A stretch of DNA of 64,000 bases from Heterodontus francisci (lineage: Eukaryota), in contig NC_090421.1 in the NCBI RefSeq assembly GCF_036365525.1, positions 6,204,725 to 6,268,724 on the forward strand, given 5' to 3'. Positions 1-13,029 of the stretch are shown here, one piece after another (the stretch's first letter is position 1; each line of letters starts with the position of its first letter). Below the pieces are notes generated by a model. It searched no databases, had not been told where the DNA came from, and was given only the letters and a program-made list of their open reading frames with translations. Position numbers and translations under genes: made by a program.

Positions 1-455
1 GGTTTGGGAAATGGTGGCATTAGAATGGGATAAAACCTTTTTTTTTTAGCAAAAGTAAGAACTATGGTTTGCTTCCCCCCCCCACCCCCACTCAGGATCT
101 AACTGCAGTGTTTTTGTGTGCCCAGTTGCAATGGGGTAAAGTAGGATTTTATTTTCTTAAGTGAGTGCATCAGTTCAATCACCCTGAAAAAAAAAGGTGG
201 AGGGAATTTGTGCTGGGGAAGCATGGAGTGAGTAAAAGCCATTTGGTCCATCAAGCCCTCTCCTTCCATCCAGCAGTGTACAAATTTACATGGCTGTGGA
301 CTCTCCCTGACATTTTCTCAATGGTAAAACAGATAGAGCTCTCCTAGATACCACAGGGGCAATTTTATCGAAGGTCCAGAAACATGGTTGATAACAGTTT
401 GAAACACAAAATGAAATTGATATCTGCCCGCTCCTGGAATAAAATACTGGTGAAA

Positions 456-560
456 CAACAAGTTATATTTCTATAGTGCCTTTAATGTAATAAAACACCC
501 CAAGGAGCATTATGAAGCAAAATTAGACACCTAGCCACATAAGGTGATATTAGAGCAGGC
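456..560 (-). mobile_element. L2 LINE 3' tail fragment
   Basis: Reverse complement of the L2 tail seen at 3600-3662. Confidence 0.6.
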
Positions 561-1721
561 CAAGTTTTCTAAAAGCGATCTCCCTTTGGAGAAGGCCTTA
601 CCTCCCTTTAACTTGTATTTCCTGCTTTCCTCGCCTCCATTTAATATCCACAATGAATTTTTCACTTGTCCAGGTCTTAACACTCTTCAGTGTTTGTTAC
701 ACTCAATTAAAATTAACCAGATAGCAAATACAGGTCCTTTAAGTGTAGCCCTAATTATTTATTAAGATGTTGTACAAACTGGAAGTTTATTTGGCAGAGT
801 CTATATTTTTATTGGCCAGTTCTCTTTTGTATTACCCATCCCAGAGGGCATTTGTGTGCTGCCAAAAGTAGATATTGATTTAATGACCTGAGCCAGCACT
901 TGTGCAAAGTTTTCTTTAATTGTAAGCCATTGCTACTTTGTTTTGCTACTTCCCAATGTGGTTTACTATTGTGTGGCAGGAGGCAGATGTACGTCTAAGG
1001 CTCTCACACAGCGAATTATCACATTTGTGCTGCAGTGGGGAAACAGCCAGCTAGGTCCTGTCACTTTGACCCACTCCTTCGGGCTATGTCCTGGGGTCCT
1101 CGGACCCTATGAGACCTTCAATAGAGTCCGAAGGGATCGACATTGCTAGCGATTGCTTTAGTTGTCTGTATTATTGACCCACAGGTATCTGTTGCTGTGT
1201 TCTAATGAGAGATTTGATTTCCTTTCGGTAGCTGACAATGCCTTTCAGACATTAGGGCAGCAGACCACCAGGAGTGTGCCAAGCTCTGCAGCAGTCCCCC
1301 ATACTGAGAAAGAACTGAGAACCACATCAATACACAGATTACCCAGTGGAGTTTATTGACAAAAGCACAAGAGGAAGTCTCCAGCCCATCCATCGGATGG
1401 GAAAAGTCCAACTCGGATAAAGGGAAGAAAAATAAAATGAATGAGCAGCAAACAAATGTTGCTGGCTGCTTTTTTCCCTGCCTATTGTCTTGTATTTGAC
1501 TTCTAGGTGGCTAGAATTCTTGGGGTACTTTTGGTTAATCCCAATTGGGTACCCATCAACAAAAAGCTGAACTACTTCTTTTGAGTGGAGGTACACGGAC
1601 AACTGGATTATTCAGAATGTAAGCAGACAATATTAATTTTGTTCTTGTGCAATCATAATTGTTTCAAATCAACATCAAATTCCACATGGATCATCTTCCG
1701 TGTCAGATGTAGTTCAGTTAG

Positions 1722-2160
1722 TGGCATTCTTGGTTCAGTGGCCAGAAGGTTGTGGGTTCAAGTCCCCCTCCAGGATTAAGCACAGAAATTTAGGCTGATG
1801 TTCCAGAGCCATATTGAGGGAGTGCTGCACTGTCAGAGGTGCTGTTTTTCTGATGAGACTTTAAACTGAGGCCTCTATCTGTCCTCTCAGGTGGATATAA
1901 AAGATCCCATGACACTATTTGAAGAAGAGCAGGGGAGTTATCCCCAGTGTCCTGGCCAACACTGACCCATCAATCAACATCAGATTATCCAGTCAGTATC
2001 ACATTGCTGTGTGTGGGAGCTTGCTGTGTTCAAATTGACTGCTGTCTTTCTTACATTACAACAGTGACTACACTTCAAAAAGTACTTCATTGGCTGTAAA
2101 GCACTTTGGGATGTTCTGTGGTCATGAAAGGCACTACAGAAATGCAAGTCTTTCTTCTTT
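1722..2160 (+). mobile_element. Deu-domain SINE (SacSINE1/AmnSINE-like)
   Basis: tRNA-like head (GGTTCAAGTCCC), Deu core (GATGAGAC..TAAAC..AAAGATCCCATG..GTCCTGGCCAA), L2-like tail AAATGCAAGTCTTTC. Confidence 0.85.
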
Positions 2161-2327
2161 CATGTTTCTACCCTATCAATGAAACAGATGAAACCATTTG
2201 AAACACTAACGTAATATCTCATGGACAGCCTGAGTAGGCCCAACTAGTGAAGTGGGCTCCTCACCGTGTGATTCTTCTGGCCTCAGAGTCTTCACATATA
2301 TTAGCCTTGAAAAAAAAGATCCCTAAT

Positions 2328-2660
2328 AGCACAGTGGCGCAGTGGTTAGCACCGCAACTTCACAGCTCCAGGGACCCGGGTTCAATTCTGGGTACTGCCT
2401 GTGCGGAGTTTGCAAGTTCTCCCTGTGACCGCATGGGTTTTCGCCGTGTGCTTCCGGTTTCCTCCCACAGCCAAAGACTTGCAGGTTGATAGGTAAATTG
2501 GCCATTATAAATTGCCCCTAGTATAGGTAGGGGAATTGTGGGGATGTGATAGGAATATGGGATTAATGTAGGATTAGTATAAATGGGAGGTTGATGGTCG
2601 GCACAGACTCGGTGGGCTGAAGGGCCTGTTTCAGTGCTGTATCTCTAACTAAATAAATAA
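2328..2660 (+). mobile_element. HE1-type V-SINE
   Basis: A box (GTGGCGCAGTGGTTAGC) and B box (GGTTCAATTC), V-domain TCCGGTTTCCTCCCACA, CR1-like tail; near-identical copy at 40758. Confidence 0.88.
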
Positions 2661-2857
2661 AAAGCTAGCTAACTATACTGGGATGTCAAAATATTGTCCC
2701 ACTTGTACATTACATGGGACTGAACTAGTAGTTGGCAGCAGTCTCCTGGTCTATTAAAATAAAGTTAACTGGGCTGAGCTTCTGGCTCACTGGACACCCT
2801 CAATATAACTCTGCAATTGCATCTTCCTGGTGTAAGCAGTCCAGGGTTGTGAGGGGA

Positions 2858-2975
2858 TAAAAACAAAAAGTGCTGGAAATACTCAGCAGGTCTGGCAGCA
2901 TCTGTGGAGAGAGAAGCAGAGTTAACGTTTCAGGTCTGTGACCTTTCATCAGAACTGGCAAAGGTTAGAAAAGAA
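2858..2975 (-). mobile_element. Short Penelope-type terminal repeat with hammerhead-like core
   Basis: Minus strand reads AGTT-CTGATGA-A-AGGTC-ACA-GACCT-GAAA-CGTT-AACT; related copy at 11700-11815. Confidence 0.65.
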
Positions 2976-3124
2976 TTGTGAGGGGATACTTGTCGGATGC
3001 AGGACATCAGCCACCTATTTGTTAATGAAGTGGTTGCAACGTTGCAGGACTAATATCAGCATGAAATTCTTGGTTGGTTCTTGGGCAAGAGAGCCGTGGA
3101 TGAATAATGACGTTTAATGCTGCT

Positions 3125-3662
3125 ATATTCCAATGCTCTCCTGGCCAACCTTGCATTTACTACCCCCCATATATTTGAGCTCATCCAAAACTCTGCTGCC
3201 CATATCCTAACCCGCACCAAGTCTCATTCATCTGTCGTTTCCCCCCTGTGCTCACTGACCTACATTGGCTCGGCAACGCCTCATTTTCATCCTTGTGTTT
3301 TAATTCCTCCATGGCCTCAGCGCTCCGCCCGTCCCCCATTTCTACTTATCTCCTCCAGCCCTACAACCCTCCGAGATCTCTGTGCTCCTCCAATTCTGGC
3401 CTCTTGCCTATCCCTGATTTCCATCGCTCCACCATTGGTGGCCGTGCCCTCAGCTGTCGAGGCCCTAAGCTCTGGAATTCCCTCCGTGATCCTCCACCTC
3501 GCTCTCCTCCTTTAAGATGTTTCTTAAAACCTACCTCTTTGACCAAGCTTTTGGTCACCTGTCCTAATATCTCATTATGTAGCTCAGGGTCAAATTTAGT
3601 TCCTGTGAAGCGCTTTGGGATGTTTTACTATGTTAAAGAGGCACTATGCAAGTTGTTGTTGT
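3125..3662 (+). mobile_element. L2 LINE 3' end
   Basis: Degenerate ORF2 C-terminus (ELIQNSAAHILTRT, DLHWL, GPKLWNSL) and (GTT)n tail. Confidence 0.88.
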
Positions 3663-4619
3663 ATATATTTTATTGTGGTGAGCCTTATTGAGAATTTTCT
3701 CTGTCTCCATCAACTTATAAAGCACAAATTATTGTTTTGTGATGTCAGCGGGCGAACACACACCTTTGTAGGGAGTTCCCGTGTCCACTATCTTAACACA
3801 AGCATTAACCCATTTATTTTAAAGTTCTCCACATCATACCACAACCCAAATACCTCATAGATTAGCCAGTTCTGAGCATTCCTGTGAGCTGGGATTGTCA
3901 GTACATTGGGATATTTCTGCAAATAAAAACCAGGCTTCAGTCCGCAAAGGATAAGAATGTTGTGTAGGATACGAGTTTGGAATATGCCCTCTATTCCCAG
4001 TTGTGGTGTCACTAGAGAGGGGTTCGACATAAAATGTCTGTGTTTGATTAACAGCTCCCAAGCATGAAACACACAGACAAGGGAGAGCTGAGAAACACAG
4101 AGCAGTGTACCGTTATCTCCATAATATCATTTAAGATTATGTGACAATTCAGTTGAACGTCTTAAACTTTAAGATTAGTTATGACATTGGTAACTAGGCC
4201 TTTGTCCAACAGCATGAAATCTTCGACCTCCCCTCCTATAGCAAATGACATCAGACACTGAAATCCCATAAACGTTCCCTTTATCAATTGCAGAATATCC
4301 ACAGAGTATGTCAATGATGAAATTATCCACTCGTTGCCTTACTTTATATATATTTTTAAAATTATACTGGCATTATTGTGTTAAGAAAGTGTAGGTCTGC
4401 TGTACATTCATTTTCATTCTCTGGCTCGCTATCAGTTGTGATTGTCTCTTAGTTAGGACAGTTACCTCCTTCAGTTATTTAATTTCTTTCCCACTCTCTA
4501 ATTCTCTGTAAATTGGCAGTGGATTCTAGCTCTGGAGATAATGATGTGGGTTCTACAGTGATAAAAGCTGGGCCTGTTTCTGGCTAAGGTGGCCATCACC
4601 TCTTACAAAAGGTACATGC

Positions 4620-4878
4620 TGTCAGGAATTCAGGGCCAGAGTGATCTCCTTGACTAGCTTTGGACTGGCCGAGATGAGTTGGAGAGAAATTCCCCAAAGT
4701 TTCCCCCTCCCCAAAATTGACCTGGGTTTTTAACCTGGTTTTTCACCTTTCCCTGGAGATCACATGTTTTCGGGTGGGGGTAGAGAGAGTATATATCATA
4801 ATACACAGGGTAGCACAATTGTATGGGACAGGCTGGATAGACCAGAGGGTCTTTACCTGCCCGTCATTGTTCATACAT
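4620..4878 (+). mobile_element. Repeat fragment with CR1-like 3' tail
   Basis: Ends GGACAGGCTGGATAGACCAGAGGGTCTTTACCTGCCCGTC, resembling CR1 3' terminal hairpins. Confidence 0.4.
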
Positions 4879-7800
4879 ATCAGACTAGCAGATATCTGGT
4901 ATGTTGGTGCTCAGAGCGATGTGCACTTCCCCATTGTATTGTACCAGACAATGCACAACAGACCTTAGCACCTGATAATGCTTGCACCCAATGTGATTCA
5001 GCAGTTTGGGTGCTGAGCATTAAACTATCAGGCCCCACATCTATCCATCAAAAATCAGAATAGTATAGCTCGTGTGCATTTCCTAACACCAGTCACAGCG
5101 AGAAGTTGTGTGTCACACCAACAATTGAAAATGCCTTTATTGACACAGGAGCTGACTGACATTACCCATCAGGCTTTTAAAAAAGTGGCTGCGGATAGGG
5201 ACATCACTATTCTTGGCCAGGATTGGGTAATTGCCCCATCATTCACGCCTGGAGATTGCACAGCTGTAAGTGATTGGGATTGACTTTATGCACATCATTT
5301 AGATTATGTAGCTATCCTCCACTCACTGTATTTTGCTGGAGAAATAATCCTGCTTTTATCGGGAGATGTTGCTGTAGTTTCGGTCATGAGTTATGTTTGC
5401 TGTAGTTTGTAGTGATTCTTTTCAATAGAATCTGTTTGCTGCAGTCCACTGTTTAAATAGACCCAATTTGCCATTTGCTGAGTAAATAGACTGTTTGCTG
5501 AGTAACTGGACCTCGTTTGCTGTAAAATAGGTTGTTTGCTGTAAATCCTGCTGTAAGTCCCGCCCCACCTCCAGCTCATTGGCTGATACAGTGGTGTCAA
5601 TATTGACTTTGTTCAAAATGAGAGAAACAAAGCCAGGGTGTTCCACTGGAGCTTAAAGAGCAATTAAACTTTCAATAAATTCACCCAGTTACTAAACAAC
5701 AATCACCCTTTGTGGCCTTGAAGGAAGACAGTGGTAGTGAAATGATGCATTCTGCATTATATGGTAGAGCACTTCTGTCCTTGTAAAACAGTGCATCACC
5801 TAACTTACCATGAGCAGTGATGTGGGAGATCCATGAACAACACATTCAAAACAATCAAGCAATCTGTATACACTTCCTGTACATTAGATTCAAAATATCA
5901 CAATCTGAGGGCTCAAATTTCACATTCTTAAAACAGCAGCAAATCAGAACTCTGACAATGAGAACTGATAAAACCCACCAATCTACCCAAGAATTGAAGA
6001 AAATGGGTTTTCAAAACCTTTCACGAGCCAATTTTCTTTCTCACAAACACAAATTTCCAGGGTTCAAAATGAGGACTCTCAAAAGACATTAACAGTTACA
6101 TTGATCACAATAATACATTCAGATATACCTCTTGATTTTTTTGGGCTTCTTTCAATCTCTCTTCATTCATACTTTTGTTTGGAGACCTTAGCCTCTCAGA
6201 AAAGACCTGGCGTTGAAAGCAGTTTGGCTTCATTCTCCCTTTACACATCAACGGATTTAACTCCATCTCCCAGCAAACCTTGAGCTGACAATTCCCACAA
6301 TGCTGCAGTCAGAGCATAAGCACTGTGGAAAATTTCCCACAATGCACTCATATTTGGCCAAAGAAAATATGCGCAATAACTGAGACAGAGAGCATGAAGT
6401 AGACTGCATTCTACCCCTCATCGCCCAAAATGACAGGCAATACAAACCTAAAAAATATGATGTTCATTACAATAAAAGAAAAAAATTGACAAAACACCCC
6501 ATTTTTTTTTTCATGCCCCTATGATATTTCTGTGGGTTGCTCGCAGCAGCTTCCAGAAGATTCATCCTTGTTTCCTGGAGACTTGAGGTCAATGCTGGAC
6601 GTTTGGCAACCCGAGTGGACACTTGTTTTATCTTACCAATTACAGCCAGACCATAGGGGCAGGGTGCAAGTGAGAGCACTTCCTTAGAGGGGAACAAACT
6701 GGTGGGCGAGTGAACCGGCTTCATCTAGTGGGTGAGTGAATCTAGGCCATCACCAGAAGCCTTTGTGAAGGTTGACTGTGTAGCCTATCGATGGGAGATC
6801 TGGTACCAATATAGTCAAAATAGCACGCACTGTTGGAAATAAATGGGGAGATTTTTCTGCTTTACGCTCCTGCTGCACACCAGGAGTGCATAGCAGTAAA
6901 TTCTGATCCCCATGCCTACAATTTTCTATCGATTAACATTAATGGCTGAACACTACCAGACTGGGGATGTATAATTTCCTGATTTGCACTCCTGACCTTG
7001 TAAAGGGTGGAGCCTCTATGATGGAGGGGACAGGGTTGGCCACTCCCTACAATCTCCACTGGCTCACTACTTAAACCCTCAATCTAGTGTATGATGTTGA
7101 GATAGACAATCAGGAGGATTCTCTTACCCACGCCACCCCCATGGCCAATGGACATTCATCCACAGAGCTTTTAGAAGACTTACAATGGATTTAAGCACTT
7201 GAATTCTGCCTGAGAGTCAATAGTAATTTTGCTGTTGTGATTTGACTTCCAGTACTTAGTGCCCAGTTAATAATATGTACTGCATAAGACCCCAAATGAT
7301 TCTAGCAAAGACCAGGCCAGGGTGCCCAGGGATCAGTGATGGTATTGTCGAGATGTGGCAAGTGTGTGAAGGAGGGTGAAATGCATAACAGGTTTTACTA
7401 AGCAACGTTTTTAAACATTGTTCTTTCTCCATACTCAGCAGTCTGCCCCGTGCCCTGACACAGGCTCTTGACTTTACAACTGTGGTACAGCTGCACAGAT
7501 GTCCCCCACATGATGTTGCAACAGCGACTTGCTCTCTACACGCAAAAACTACAAGAAAATTTGTCTTGAACATGTGCCCGTGCTGCACCTTCCCAACCAT
7601 TGTGGTGATAATATGAATGCAAAGTCAATTCAAGAGCGATGTGCACAAATTTAAAGGTGTATTCATTAAAAAGAGAGACACAACCTGTCCCTTGAATAGT
7701 AAAATCCTAGAGAGTTCAGTAAAAAACTGCTATCGGAGAGGACACACCTTATTGTTCTTCGGACACTAAACCAGGGTCTACTACTTTACCAGAGGTTACT

Positions 7801-8821
7801 AAACCAGAACTGTTTGTTTGATAATTCCTTAAATAGGATGGCCAACTAGTACTGGCTGCCATGCATGATTTTCACCACTGGGCATAAACTATCAGTGCCC
7901 AGCACCATAACTAAAGACTAGCCCAACTTAAAACACAAATACGAAATGCTATATAATCCTAGTAAATAATCAGACGAGATTTTCAAATCATTTCAAAACC
8001 ACACCTTTCAGTTTGACGGGAGACTGCAAAACCGGCCTATGAATTTAACAGGGAATCCCTAAACCAGGCTTAATCATGCAGGCACCTAGACCATACCCAT
8101 TGGTTTATTAGGAGACCTACTGGTTAAATATGTCAGCTTTTCCCAAAGTTAGTCTCAGTGCAATTTAATCTCCTCCAGCGAAGGTAACAGAAGCTATGAT
8201 TAATAAACGGGAATTGGAATTTCAGAGTATCGAAGGTGTCTCATGGGGTTTTATAGAGGAATCAGCTCTATGGAGCAAAGAGGCTGCTTCATCTGGTTAT
8301 GCCTTTGTAATCTTTATGCCCAAGCATTATGTCTAGGTGGGCTGCACACAAGGAGCCTCACTGGCCACATGTAAAGTTTAAATCCATGTTTCCATTAATT
8401 TGCATATATCTCAAGTAGCTGATGCAGTTTTTGGTGTTTTCTGATTTAGGATTTATTCATCAATGAAACAACAGTCCTAAGGACAGCCTTTTCCAAACCT
8501 CAAAATTCAAACAGGCCAAACCAGCAAGTAAGAAATAAGTATATGTAGAAACTGACAAGGCTTGCAGGCTGCTTACAGCTGATGAGCTGTAGTTTGAGCA
8601 CCCCCTGTATTAGCGCAAGTCACATAACAGCCATTATCTTCCTTCAGGATGGAATATTTGGTAACCATGTTGTGTTCCATCTCATGACATTCAAAGATGA
8701 ACTGATAAGTAACACTTCGACTTCTTTTGGTTTGGAGCAAAGTGCTTAGCCACATGGCTTTAAGTGATCATATTGTTCCAAAACCATTTCCATACTGATG
8801 ACAAAACCAGACTTTTTAAAA

Positions 8822-9556
8822 ATTCATTCATGGGATGTGGGCGTCGCTGGCCAGGCCAGTATTTATTGCCCATCCCTAATTGCCCTTGAGAAGATGATGG
8901 TGAGCTGCCTTCTTGAACCACTGCAGGCTGTGTGATGTAGGTACACCCACAGTGCTGTTAGGGAGGGAGTTCCAGAATTTTGAACCAGCGATGATGAACA
9001 AGCAGCAAAATATTTCCAAGTCAGGATGATGTGTGATTTGGAAGAGAACTTGCAGGTGCTGGTGTTCCCATGCAACTGCTGCCCTTGTCCTTCTAGTTGG
9101 TAGAGGTCGTGGGCTTGGAAGGTGCTGTTGAAGGAGCCTTGGTGAGTTGCTGCAGTGCATCTTGTAGATGGTACACACTGCTGCTACTGTGTACCAGTAG
9201 TAGAGGGACTGATGTAGTGTTTGGGGTGCCAATCAAGCCGACTGCTTTGCCTGGATGGTGTCGCGTTTCTTGAGTGTTGTTGGAGCTGCGCCCATTCAGG
9301 CAAGTGGAGAGTATTCCATCACACTCCAGACTTATGCCTTGTAGATGGTGGACAGGATTTGGGGAGACAGGAGGTGGGTTACTCGCTGCAGAATTCCCAG
9401 CCTCTGACCTGTTCTTGTAGTCACAGTATTTGTGTGTCTGTTCCAGTTAAGTTTGTGGTCAATGTTGACTCCCAGGATGTTGATAGTGGGGGATTCAGCA
9501 ATGGTAATACCATTGAATATCAAGAGAAGGTGGTTGGACTTTCTCTTGTTGGAGAT
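8822..9556 (-). mobile_element. CR1-group LINE family B, 3' part (host of a nested insertion)
   Basis: Degenerate ORF2 (NILGVNIDHKLNW...RLGILQRV; WNSLPNS...FKKAAHHHLLKGN); same tail at 49385-49715. Confidence 0.85.
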
Positions 9557-11141
9557 CATAAGATCATAAGAACTAGGAGCAGGAGTAGGCCGTCCGGCCC
9601 CTCGAGCCTGCTCCGCAATTCAATAAGATCATGGCTGACCTTTTCGTGGACTCAGATCCACTTACCCGCGCTCTCACCGTATCCCTTAATTCCTTTATTG
9701 TTCAAAAATAACCTTAGCTTTAAAGACGTTTACTGAAGAAGCGTCAACTACTTCACTGGGCAAGGAATTTCATAGATTAACAACCCTCTGGGTGAAGAAA
9801 TTCCTTCTTAATTCAGTCCTAAATCTGCTCCCTCTAATCTTGAGGCTATGCCCTCTTGTCCTAGCTTCCAGTGGAAACATCCTCTCTACTTGTATCTTAT
9901 CTATTCCCTTCATGATTTTATATGTTTCTATAAGATCCCCCCTCATTCTTCTGAACTCCAATGAATATAATCCCAATCTACTCAGTCTCTCCTCATAAGC
10001 CAACCCCCTCAACTCCGGAATCAACCTAGTGAACCTCCTCTGCACCCTCTCCAGTGCCAGTATATCCCTTCTCAAGTAAGGAGACCAAAACTGCACACAG
10101 TACTCCAGGTGCGGCCTCACCAGTACCTTATACAGCTGCAACATAACCTCTCTGCTTTTAAACTCAATCCCTTTAGCAATGAAGGACAAAATTCCATTTG
10201 CCTTCCTAATTACTTACTGAACCTGCAGACCAACCTTCTGCGATTCATGCACAAGGATACCTAGGTCCCTCTGCATAGCAGCATGCTGCAACTTTTTACC
10301 ATTCAAGTAATAATCCTTTTTACCGTTACTCCTACCGAAATGAATGACTTCACATTTATTAACATTGTATTCCATCTGCCAGACCTTTGCCCACTCACTC
10401 AATGTATCTATGTTCCTCTGCAAAGTTTCACAGTCATCTGCACACTTTGCTCTGCCACTCATCTTAGTGTCATCTGCAAACTTTGACACCCTACACGTGG
10501 TCCCCAACTCCAAATCATCTATATAAATTGTAAATAATTGCGGTCCCAACACCGATCCCTGAGGCACACCACTAGTGACTGATTGCCAACCAGAATAGCA
10601 CTCATTTATCCCCACTCTCTGTTTCCTGTTAGTCAACCAATCCTCTATCCATGCTAATACTTTACCCCTGACGCCATGCATCCTTGTCTTATGCAGCAGC
10701 CTCTTGTGCGGCACCTTATCGAAGGCCTTTTGGAAATCTAGGTACACCACATCCACTGGGTCCCCATTGTCCATCTTGCTCGTAATGTCATCATAGAATT
10801 CCAAAAGATTTGTCAAGCATGACCTGCCCTTCATGAACCCATGCTGCGTCTGCCCAATGGGACAATTTCTATCGAGATGCCCTGCTATTTCTTCCTTGAT
10901 AATAGACTCAAGCATCTTCCCCACTACAGAGGTTAAGCTAACCGGTCTATAATTCCCCATCTTTTGTCTACCTCCCTTTTTAAACAGTGGCGTCACATCT
11001 GCTGTTTTCCAATCAACTGGGACTACCCCAGAGTCCAGCGAATTTTGGAAAATTACCGTCAGTGCACCTGCTATTTCTCCTGCCATCTCTTTTAGTACCC
11101 TGGGATGCATTCCATCAGGGCCAGGAGACTTATCAATCCTT
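9557..11141 (-). mobile_element. CR1 LINE family A, 5'-truncated young copy with RT domain
   Basis: ORFs 10214-11110 and 9770-10189 carry RT motifs (YLDFQKAFDKV, GVPQGSVLGP, FADD); in frame with each other and split by one TAA; short tandem 3' tail at 9555-9572. Confidence 0.95.
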
Positions 11142-11548
11142 GGTCATTGCCTGACACTTGTGTGGCACAAATGTTACTTGCCACTTATCAGCCCAAGCCT
11201 GAATGTTGTCCAGATCTTGCTGCATGCCTGGACTGTTTCATTATCTGAGGAGTTGTGAATGGAGATGAACATTGTGCAATCATCAGCGAACATTCCCACT
11301 TATGTTGGAGGGAAGGTCATTGATGAAGCAGCTGAAGATGGTTAGGTCTAGGACACTGCCCTGAGGAACTCCTGTAGTGATGTCCTGGGGCTCCAACAAC
11401 CACAAGCCATCTTCCTTTGTGCTAGGTATGATTCCAACCAGTGGAGAGTTTTCCTCCTGATTCCCATTGACTCCAACTTTGCTGGGGCTCCTTGATGCCA
11501 TACTCGGTCAAATGCTGCCTTGATGTCACTCTTGCCTCACCTCTGGAA
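11142..11548 (-). mobile_element. CR1-group LINE family B, 5' continuation
   Basis: RT motif GVPQGSVL..FSCFINDLPS; resumes where the 8822-9556 piece stops. Confidence 0.85.
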
Positions 11549-11699
11549 GACTCCCCACGTGAATACAACCATTGGAGTCTTTATCATTGTCCCAACCACC
11601 CACACTTAGAGGCAGTTAGATATGGCCTGAGTGATAGGGCATAAATAAATGCAACATGGATTAATCACAACTGGTTGTGTTCTATTCAGCGTTAATGGA

Positions 11700-11815
11700 A
11701 GTTCATTTCTAACTTTTCTCAGTTCTGACGAAGAGTCATCGACCTGAAACGTTAACTTTGCATTTTCTGTTTTTATTTCAGTTTTCCAGTATCTGCAGTA
11801 TTTTGATTTTGTATT
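11700..11815 (+). mobile_element. Short Penelope-type terminal repeat with hammerhead-like core
   Basis: AGTT-CTGACGA-AGAGTC-ATC-GACCT-GAAA-CGTT-AACT at 11721-11757. Confidence 0.6.
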
Positions 11816-13029
11816 ATTAATGGAAGTAAAGTTGTTTATAAATTAAACATTAATGGCCATTTTTCGCATGGATTTCATTGACTTTATATAGTTTCATGCA
11901 TTATCTCACTTCATCGTCCTCTAAAGTCGACAAAGCTTGTCATTGCATTCCCAAAAAATACACATGAAAATCAAGATCCTTTTGACTTTATCTTAGTCTT
12001 TCTTAGGCTGTATGATTTATAGATCTCCTTGGAACAGACCAAGAGGATGAATGATACAGCCTTAAACTGACCCTGTCCTTACTGTACTTCATGTCAGGAC
12101 ACATAACATCTCAACAAGCCAGTGTGTGGCAGATGGGAGCAGTTATTGATGAAACTGTTTTGGTATAGAGATAATTAGCTCACACATGTTGAGTAAACAT
12201 TAAGCTAATCATCCTCTGTTTTCTATTTTCAGGGTTTGAGTCAGAATAGTGTTCATTTCCTGCAAGTCTGTCCTGAGTCCCGCACATTGGAATTATCACT
12301 GAATTCCAGGGCAATTTCCAAATGGACCTAATTAAAAACAGCACTAGGAGCAGAACTCACAGGAAGATCCTCTCCAAATTCCTGGCTTCCTAACACCCAC
12401 TCCTGTTAGTTTCCTTTTGTTATGCACTTTCAAAAGGAGTGTTGTTCTGAAATACTTTGCATCATCTTCTGTCACAAACCAGCAGATCAGATTCAGGCTC
12501 CGATAATAAGCCGAACAAATATTGATTCAACGCAACATCAAAGGAACACATTGTTAACTCCCGAGGAACATTCTGCTCGACATATGGAAATTATATTCAA
12601 CATGTATTGTCGTGTGCTACTGGAAGGAAATGTTGCATGTAAAAGCTTCTCACTGGTGTAACAATTATCTTATTTTCTGACCTGCTTTCTTTACTTTTCA
12701 CCCATGCCTCTTGCTTCTCGCCCCTTTGCCATGCATTGTTCCCTGGTTGAGGGGGCATCCTGCTCTGAGATGTCTGCTATTGCTTGCTAGAACTGAGTAT
12801 CAGGAGATACACTCTGACTTTTCGCCCGCTAGGAATGTAGCTCGATTTGCTTGGTGCCTGTCCGACAGCCCAGCTGAAAATAGGAATTGGAACTGCCAGG
12901 GGAATCAAGAGCACGAACACGCTCTATCACACAGTTCATAAAATAAAGTGTATTTGTTTCGTTTTCGGATCATGGGAAGGCATTCATCATTATTATCATA
13001 AAAATTCAAGTATTTATTCATCCCATGCT

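Noticed and set aside
1288-1305. U1 snRNA-like stretch (also near 38445)
   Set aside because: Only ~10-12 nt of similarity; the rest of U1 is absent.
2328-2400. tRNA genes here and at 40758 and 60005
   Set aside because: The A/B boxes run into SINE bodies and LINE-like tails; no complete cloverleaf.
7601-8369. Possible LTR bounded by TGTGG...CCACA
   Set aside because: No TSD and no second copy in the window; boundaries unsupported.
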